A stretch of 64,000 nucleotides of DNA from Vicinamibacterales bacterium. Its GTDB lineage: Bacteria; Acidobacteriota; Vicinamibacteria; Vicinamibacterales; JAMQPK01. The translations under genes were made by a program, and so were the position numbers. The stretch's first letter is position 1. Each line of letters starts with the position of its first letter. The stretch lies in assembly GCA_035937795.1 (NCBI GenBank), contig DASZHO010000051.1, forward strand, positions 35,290 through 99,289, in the 5' to 3' direction. Below the pieces are notes generated by a model. It had not been told where the DNA came from and did not search any database. It worked only from the letters and a program-made list of their open reading frames with translations. Below, one piece after another: positions 60,950 to 64,000 of the stretch.

Positions 60950-61546
60950 GTCCTGCTGGTGGCGACCGCCAATCCCGACAAGCTGAAGGAAATCGTCCGC
61001 GCTCTCGCCGATCTGCCGGTCACGCTGAAGACGCTCAACGATTTTCCAGGAGTGACAATCGCCGAAGAAACCGGATCGACGTTCGCCGAGAACGCGCGTC
61101 TGAAAGCGCTGCACTACGCCACGGCGACCGGCTTATTGACGATGGCCGAAGACTCAGGGTTTGAGGTCGACGCGTTGAACCGCGAGCCGGGAATCTACTC
61201 GGCACGTTATCTGGGGCCCAACGCCACGTATCCGGAACGGTTCGAGGCGATCTACGCCGCCGTTCGAAGGCGCAAAGACAAATCAGACCAAAGCAACGGC
61301 GCCAGGTTCGTGTGCGCGGTGGCGCTGGCCGCGGACGGCAAGATCGCCTTTGAAACCAGGGCGGTGGTCGAGGGACGACTCGCAGCACAACCCTCGGGCA
61401 CCGGCGGCTTTGGCTACGACCCGATCTTCTGCTACCCCCCTTACGGCAAAACGTTCGCGGAAGTCACGCCGGAACAGAAGCTCGCCGTGAGCCATCGGGG
61501 TGAGGCCATCCGCGCCCTGAAAACCCACCTCGAGCAAAATCTGTAG
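60944..61546 (+). CDS. rdgB: Non-canonical purine NTP pyrophosphatase (RdgB/HAM1 family)
   Basis: KVLLVATANPDKLKEI...ETG.TF.ENA.LKA, the FGYDPIF motif and SHRG. The start is a TTG inside the heptamer array. Confidence 0.9.
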
Positions 61547-61556
61547 CCAAAACGGC

Positions 61557-61589
61557 CCGGGAGCTGAATCATTTCAATACGGCTCCCGG
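61557..61589 (+). terminator. Weak stem-loop after rdgB
   Basis: ccgggagc (61557-61564) pairs with gctcccgg (61582-61589) across a 17-nt loop, with no U-tract. Two further small hairpins follow at 61593-61608 and 61639-61658. Confidence 0.3.
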
Positions 61590-61666
61590 CGAATCAGGCC
61601 TGCCTGATCCGGAATGAGGCGCGGCCCGACGCGCCGTGGCGGAATCCTTGCATTCCGCTCATCGTT

Positions 61667-63226
61667 ATGGCGACGCTCGACACCAATTCGTACTGGACCG
61701 ATAACACGCCAGACCCGAAATTCTCCTCGCTCAAGGACGACCTCGCCGTCGATGTCCTCATCGTAGGCGGCGGCATCACCGGCATCACCGCAGCCTACCT
61801 GCTCAAGCGCGCGGGCCTCACTGTCGCGCTCGTCGAGCGCCACCGCTGTGTGTCGGCCGATACGTCGCACACGACCGCCCACTTGACATGCGTGACCGAC
61901 ATGCGGCTGGCCGACCTCGTCAAGAATTTCGGCAAGGACCACGCGCAGGCGGTCTGGGACGCGGGGTTCCATGCGATCGACACGATCAACACGCTGGTCT
62001 GGCGCGAACAGATCAAGTGCCAATTCGCATGGGTGCCCGGCTACCTGTACGATTCGCCGGATCGACCAACCGATCTGCGCGAAGAAGCGAAGACGGCGAA
62101 CGAGTTGGGGTTCGACGCCGAATATCTCTCGCGCATTCCGCTCGTCGACGGCCCCGGCGTCCGCTACGACAATCAGGCCAAGTTTCATCCGCGCAAATAC
62201 CTGCTGGCTCTCCTGCGCCTGATTGCGGGCAAAGGCAGCTACGTGTTCGAGGGCACGAGCGTCGAAGAAATCGAAGCCACGCCGCGGATCACCGCCACGA
62301 CGGAGGGCGGCCATCGCATTCACTGCGAACATGTGTTCATCGCCACCCACGTGCCGCTACAGGGGATGACGAATCCGGCCTCGGCGATGTTTTTCCAGTC
62401 AAAGCTCGCGCTCTACAGCTCTTACGCGGCCGGGGGCTGGGTGAAACGCGGCACGATTCCTGAAGCGCTGTTCTGGGACACGCGCGATCCCTACGACTAT
62501 CTGCGCGTCGATCGCCGGCACGACCATGACTATGTGATATTCGGCGGCGAAGATCACAAGACCGGCCAGATGGACGACACCTCGAAGTGCTACGCCGCGC
62601 TGGAACAGCGGCTGAAGCGCTTGATTCCCGACATCAGCCTCACGCACCGCTGGTCGGGCCAGGTGGTCGAGACCAACGACGGACTGCCCTACATCGGCGA
62701 ATCCGCAGAGAGGCAATTCGTCGCGACCGGTTTTTCGGGAAACGGGATGACGTTCGGCACCCTGGCGGCCATCATGGTGACCGACGCGATCACCGGACAT
62801 CCGAATCCATGGAAGGAGCTCTTCGACCCGGGCCGGACGAAGATCAAGGGCGGGCTGTGGAACTACATCAAGGAAAACAAGGACTACGCGTATTACCTGA
62901 TTCGCGATCGGTTCGCGGGCGGGGGGAGCACGTCGCTGCGCGCGGTAAAACGAGGCACCGGCGAAGTGATGGACGTGAACGGGCAGCCCGCCGCGGTGTA
63001 TCGCGGGCTGGACGGCAAGATCAGCGTGCGCTCAGCCGTGTGCGCTCACATGGGCTGTTACGTCCACTGGAACGACACGCAATGGACATGGGATTGCCCG
63101 TGCCACGGCTCCCGGTTCAAGGCCAACGGCGATGTCTACGCGGGGCCGGCCGAGTCGCCGCTGGGGGAGATCAAGCCGCAGGACGAAAAGCCCGACAAGA
63201 AAGTCGCCCGGGCGCGGAAGAAGTAG
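61667..63226 (+). CDS. FAD-dependent oxidoreductase fused to a C-terminal Rieske [2Fe-2S] domain
   Basis: DVLIVGGGITGITAAYLLKRAG dinucleotide motif. The Rieske motif is CAHMGC...CPCHGSRF near the C-terminus. Confidence 0.8.
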   Translation: MATLDTNSYWTDNTPDPKFSSLKDDLAVDVLIVGGGITGITAAYLLKRAGLTVALVERHRCVSADTSHTTAHLTCVTDMRLADLVKNFGKDHAQAVWDAGFHAIDTINTLVWREQIKCQFAWVPGYLYDSPDRPTDLREEAKTANELGFDAEYLSRIPLVDGPGVRYDNQAKFHPRKYLLALLRLIAGKGSYVFEGTSVEEIEATPRITATTEGGHRIHCEHVFIATHVPLQGMTNPASAMFFQSKLALYSSYAAGGWVKRGTIPEALFWDTRDPYDYLRVDRRHDHDYVIFGGEDHKTGQMDDTSKCYAALEQRLKRLIPDISLTHRWSGQVVETNDGLPYIGESAERQFVATGFSGNGMTFGTLAAIMVTDAITGHPNPWKELFDPGRTKIKGGLWNYIKENKDYAYYLIRDRFAGGGSTSLRAVKRGTGEVMDVNGQPAAVYRGLDGKISVRSAVCAHMGCYVHWNDTQWTWDCPCHGSRFKANGDVYAGPAESPLGEIKPQDEKPDKKVARARKK

Positions 63227-63230
63227 CCAC

Positions 63231-63283
63231 GGGCTCCAGACTCAGGGCTCAGGGCTCTGTGGGCCCCGAGTCCTGAGTCTCAC
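63231..63283. repeat. GGCTCAG-type heptamer repeat forming a hairpin between convergent genes
   Basis: The sequence is gggctccagactcagggctcagggctctgtgggccccgagtcctgagtctcac. Here agactcagg (63238-63246) pairs with cctgagtct (63272-63280). It fills the 63-bp gap between the Rieske-FAD gene and the peroxiredoxin gene. Confidence 0.8.
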
Positions 63284-63289
63284 GCGATC

Positions 63290-63895
63290 TCAGTTCGAGC
63301 TGGCCTTGGTCACTCCGAGCTCGCCGAGCTTGGCGGCGAGGTCCTCGGCCGAGGTCGCCGGCTTCACGGCCTTGTCGATAGCCAGAATTCTTCCATCCTT
63401 CCCGATGTAGAACGTCCAGCGATTCGCGACGCCGCGCGCGTTCAACACGCCGTATGCGGTCGCCACTTCTTTCGTGGGGTCGCTCAACAGCGGAAAGTCG
63501 GCGGCCTCCTTCTGCACTTCCTGACCGTTCAGCATCACCGATTTTGCATTCGCGAACGCGGTGTTCTTCTCGATCGGATCGACGCTGATCATGAAGTACT
63601 GCACCTGGTACTTCTTGATCATGTCGCCGTGCTCCGCCAGCGATTTGCACTCGATCGTGCATCCCTGGGTGAAGGCCGCCGGGAACCAGGCGAGCGCGAT
63701 GGCTTTCTTTCCCGCGTAGTCGGTCAACTGATGGGTCTTGCCATCGGTCCCCTGGAGCTTGAAGTTCGGAGCCTTGTCGCCCACCTTCAACTCGGCCATC
63801 GGCATGGCGTTGCCGCCGGCCGCCCCCTGGGCAAACGCCATCGTCACGCCGCCCAGCGTCACGGCCGCGAATCCAACGAGAATCAAACTTCGCAT
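63290..63895 (-). CDS. Secreted peroxiredoxin (AhpC/TSA, BCP-like)
   Basis: The start is set at MRSLILVGFAAVTLGGVTMAFAQ (ATG 63895, with GGAGGAGG upstream). The peroxidatic Cys context is AWFPAAFTQGCTIEC. Confidence 0.85.
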   Translation of the reverse strand: MRSLILVGFAAVTLGGVTMAFAQGAAGGNAMPMAELKVGDKAPNFKLQGTDGKTHQLTDYAGKKAIALAWFPAAFTQGCTIECKSLAEHGDMIKKYQVQYFMISVDPIEKNTAFANAKSVMLNGQEVQKEAADFPLLSDPTKEVATAYGVLNARGVANRWTFYIGKDGRILAIDKAVKPATSAEDLAAKLGELGVTKASSN

Positions 63896-64000
63896 AAACC
63901 TCCTCCTGCTTTTATAGCCAACCACTCGCCTGAAATCCTCAGAGAAAACCGGTCGTGCAGCATCGAACACGATATCATAAGCGTCAGTTTCAAGGGCGGG

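Overview
GC-rich bacterial chromosomal segment. The gene content suggests an Acidobacteriota-like soil bacterium: TolB-propeller Ser/Thr kinase, DUF5916, amidase-GerMN pair, many TAT-signal proteins. That taxonomic call is inference only. I support about 60 protein-coding genes. I found no rRNA, tRNA, CRISPR array, transposase or integrase. Recognisable content includes an AddAB helicase-nuclease pair, a GMC oxidoreductase with its TAT subunit, an RND efflux operon (MFP-RND-TolC), an ECF sigma module and a Phd/VapC toxin-antitoxin pair. It also includes a fused ABC exporter, a kinase / ferredoxin-domain / PP2C cluster, a DEAD-box helicase and an Nramp metal-transport cluster. Housekeeping genes present are guaB, an amidase, rph, rdgB and rluD, alongside KirBac-FKBP, PEBP and a peroxiredoxin. 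Most large antisense ORFs in the six-frame track are high-GC artefacts. The observations most worth follow-up are listed here. (1) A plus-strand module at 41.6-44.9 kb holds an NPPY methyltransferase with a PqqD/RRE-like tail, a TAT-exported dirigent/AOC-like barrel, an orphan Hcp with no other T6SS gene in the window, and two small Arg-rich proteins. (2) One protein is built from 27 near-identical heptads, seen as 21-bp tandem DNA repeats. (3) A dispersed family of heptanucleotide tandem arrays sits exactly at gene boundaries, including a 77-nt stretch with no C. (4) Two small ORFs absent from the track, a Cys/His-rich metallothionein-like protein and a DUF1328 protein, lie beside the Nramp operon. 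(5) An ankyrin-repeat protein has an in-frame signal peptide reachable only from a CTG codon that overlaps the upstream stop. (6) Several unusual fusions or low-complexity proteins occur: a glyoxalase-fold protein with a histone H1-like tail, a Tyr-rich / Ser-Gly-rich secreted protein, a His-rich membrane protein, and a beta-lactamase-fold protein that lacks the Ser and Lys of the SxxK motif. All family calls come from reading motifs by eye. No database search was run.
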